Origin: Paraspadella gotoi | Taxonomy: Eukaryota > Animalia > Chaetognatha | Length of the DNA stretch: 35,954 bases | Direction of reading: 5' to 3' | NCBI GenBank assembly: GCA_051294375.1 | Contig: JBJCIZ010000780.1 | Coordinates: 8,625 to 44,578 of the forward strand | In this document: piece by piece, positions 34,668-35,954 of the stretch | How positions within the stretch are numbered: position 1 is the first letter of the stretch | Layout: each line of letters starts with the position of its first letter | Made by a program: the position numbers and the translations under genes | Notes under the pieces: generated by a model | Database searches by the model: none | Seen by the model: the letters and a program-made list of their open reading frames with translations, nothing else | What the model was told of the DNA's origin: nothing

Positions 34668-35085
34668 GTCATCTCCCAAATCCTCCGCCCCGCGGGGTGG
34701 CTCTAGGGGCGGCCCCAGGAGGCAGACTATTCCAGGGGGAGCAGCAAAATGGTCATTGAGGGGGCACCCTATCTGGATTGCCTCAGGGGACCGCCCCAGG
34801 GGGGTTCCCCATAGGGCAAACATTTTGGGTCTATTAGGGGCGCCCGTAATGCTCCTATCAAGGAAAAAAGTATATAACATAATTCATTTACTCAATAAAA
34901 AGTATACAAAACATGGGTAAATCATTCTCAATATTTGGTATGCCTTTCCTCGGCATCGACTACTGCCTGCATTTGTCTATGCATGCTCTCATACAGCAAA
35001 TTGAGGTATGACAGTGAAATGTTTCTTAGATAGTAAGCCCCCTGGGGCCAAAAAAAGTGCTCCCCCAGGGGCGAGTTTAGGAGAG
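34668..35085. mobile_element. GC-rich imperfect inverted-repeat element (MITE-like)
   Basis: CTCC.AAA..CTC.GCCCC..GGGG...GGCCCCAGG.GGC occurs at the left end and inverted at 35037-35085; a related piece lies at 28335-28400. Confidence 0.4.
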
Positions 35086-35751
35086 AGCAAAGTTTAGATG
35101 AGAAAATATACTTTGACTAGGTTATTGTATCTGAAAATCTCTCCCTGTCTGTTACTCTCTCTTTCTCTTTCTCTCTTTCAAAACTTGTTTCATGTAACTG
35201 AAAAAAATTTTTTTTTTCCAAATTATTGTTAACTCGTTTATTCCATTTTTTATTTAAAAATTATAATATTTGTATTTTTGAACCTCATTATTTAATTTCA
35301 ATTGAAAGATATAGAAACAAGTTTAAGCAAACAATATCGGACTTGGCCACAATAATTTAGTGGTAAGAAACTAATCAGTCATGTCTTCTTTTTTTTCTTT
35401 TTTTCTCTTTTTTTGTTGAATGGACATACTGATGGACTGATAGAGAGAGAGGCATAATTTTTTAAAAAAATATCCATAAATTGATGTTCAAAGAGGAATT
35501 AAATAAATCACCAAACAAATATTGGGCAGTGACTGACAGACTTACTTAGTGAATTATGGAGTCTCAAAAAAAAAAAAATTTAAAAACTATTCATCAATAT
35601 TTTTAATTCATGATCAACATTAAATGAGTTCCACATTGTGAAATCAATTGTTTTCATTTAAGATTAGTAATTAATAATCGTCAGTTTGTAGATTGTGTCA
35701 GATGAACTCAAATTGTTGAGGAGATACTGATGGTTGGAGAGAGAGTGAGCA

Positions 35752-35843
35752 AAATTTTATATCTGGCTCAATCACACACTTTTATACCCACACACAAAAC
35801 TTCATTCCAATCCATCTATCCAATCACGAATAATTGGAGTTTA
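35752..35843 (-). repeat. Solo fragment of the 180-bp HINE1 internal unit
   Basis: GCTCAATCACACACTTTTATACCCACACACAAAA..CCAATCACGAATAATTGGAG. Confidence 0.8.
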
Positions 35844-35954
35844 GGAAAAAGCATTGTTTGCGCTGCCTCTGCTTTCAGGCTTATTTTACAAATGGCGACG
35901 CTCGAGGTTTCAAATGTTTATTTATCGAAGTTAAAAACAGGCGAGGATTTAAAA

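Noticed and set aside
34596-34920. Overlapping Gly/Pro/Arg-rich ORFs on both strands
   Set aside because: Explained by a GC-rich repeat element; no splice or homology support

Overview
AT-rich, repeat-dense eukaryotic DNA (probably an invertebrate; the taxon cannot be fixed from the sequence) from a draft assembly with four N-gaps. Long stretches look like uncorrected, insertion-rich long-read fill: about 12.9-15.2 kb re-reads 32.6-34.3 kb, and about 21.4-26.8 kb re-reads 28.7-32.5 kb. Most of the window is non-autonomous Helentron/DINE-1-type (HINE) elements of 3-4 families, with terminal hairpins, (GTCY)n or (GTC)n microsatellites and internal tandem arrays. There are also tRNA-derived and RTE-tail SINE-like pieces, MITE-like inverted repeats and microsatellites. 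Coding signal: (1) two phase-compatible + strand exons (10321-10549 and 33459-33841) that splice into a BAR-domain (sorting-nexin-like) C-terminus; (2) an unrecognised 4-exon gene at 17093-18006 broken by apparent base errors; (3) a duplicated, CpG-decayed coding fragment at 3.85 and 5.3 kb. The most notable element is a 457-bp palindrome (11285-11741) whose arms each carry a minimal type I hammerhead ribozyme of the Penelope-like kind (one intact, one with apparent indel errors), with no RT ORF visible. Most ORF-track entries are spurious. All alignments and translations were done by eye, and coordinates in noisy regions are approximate.
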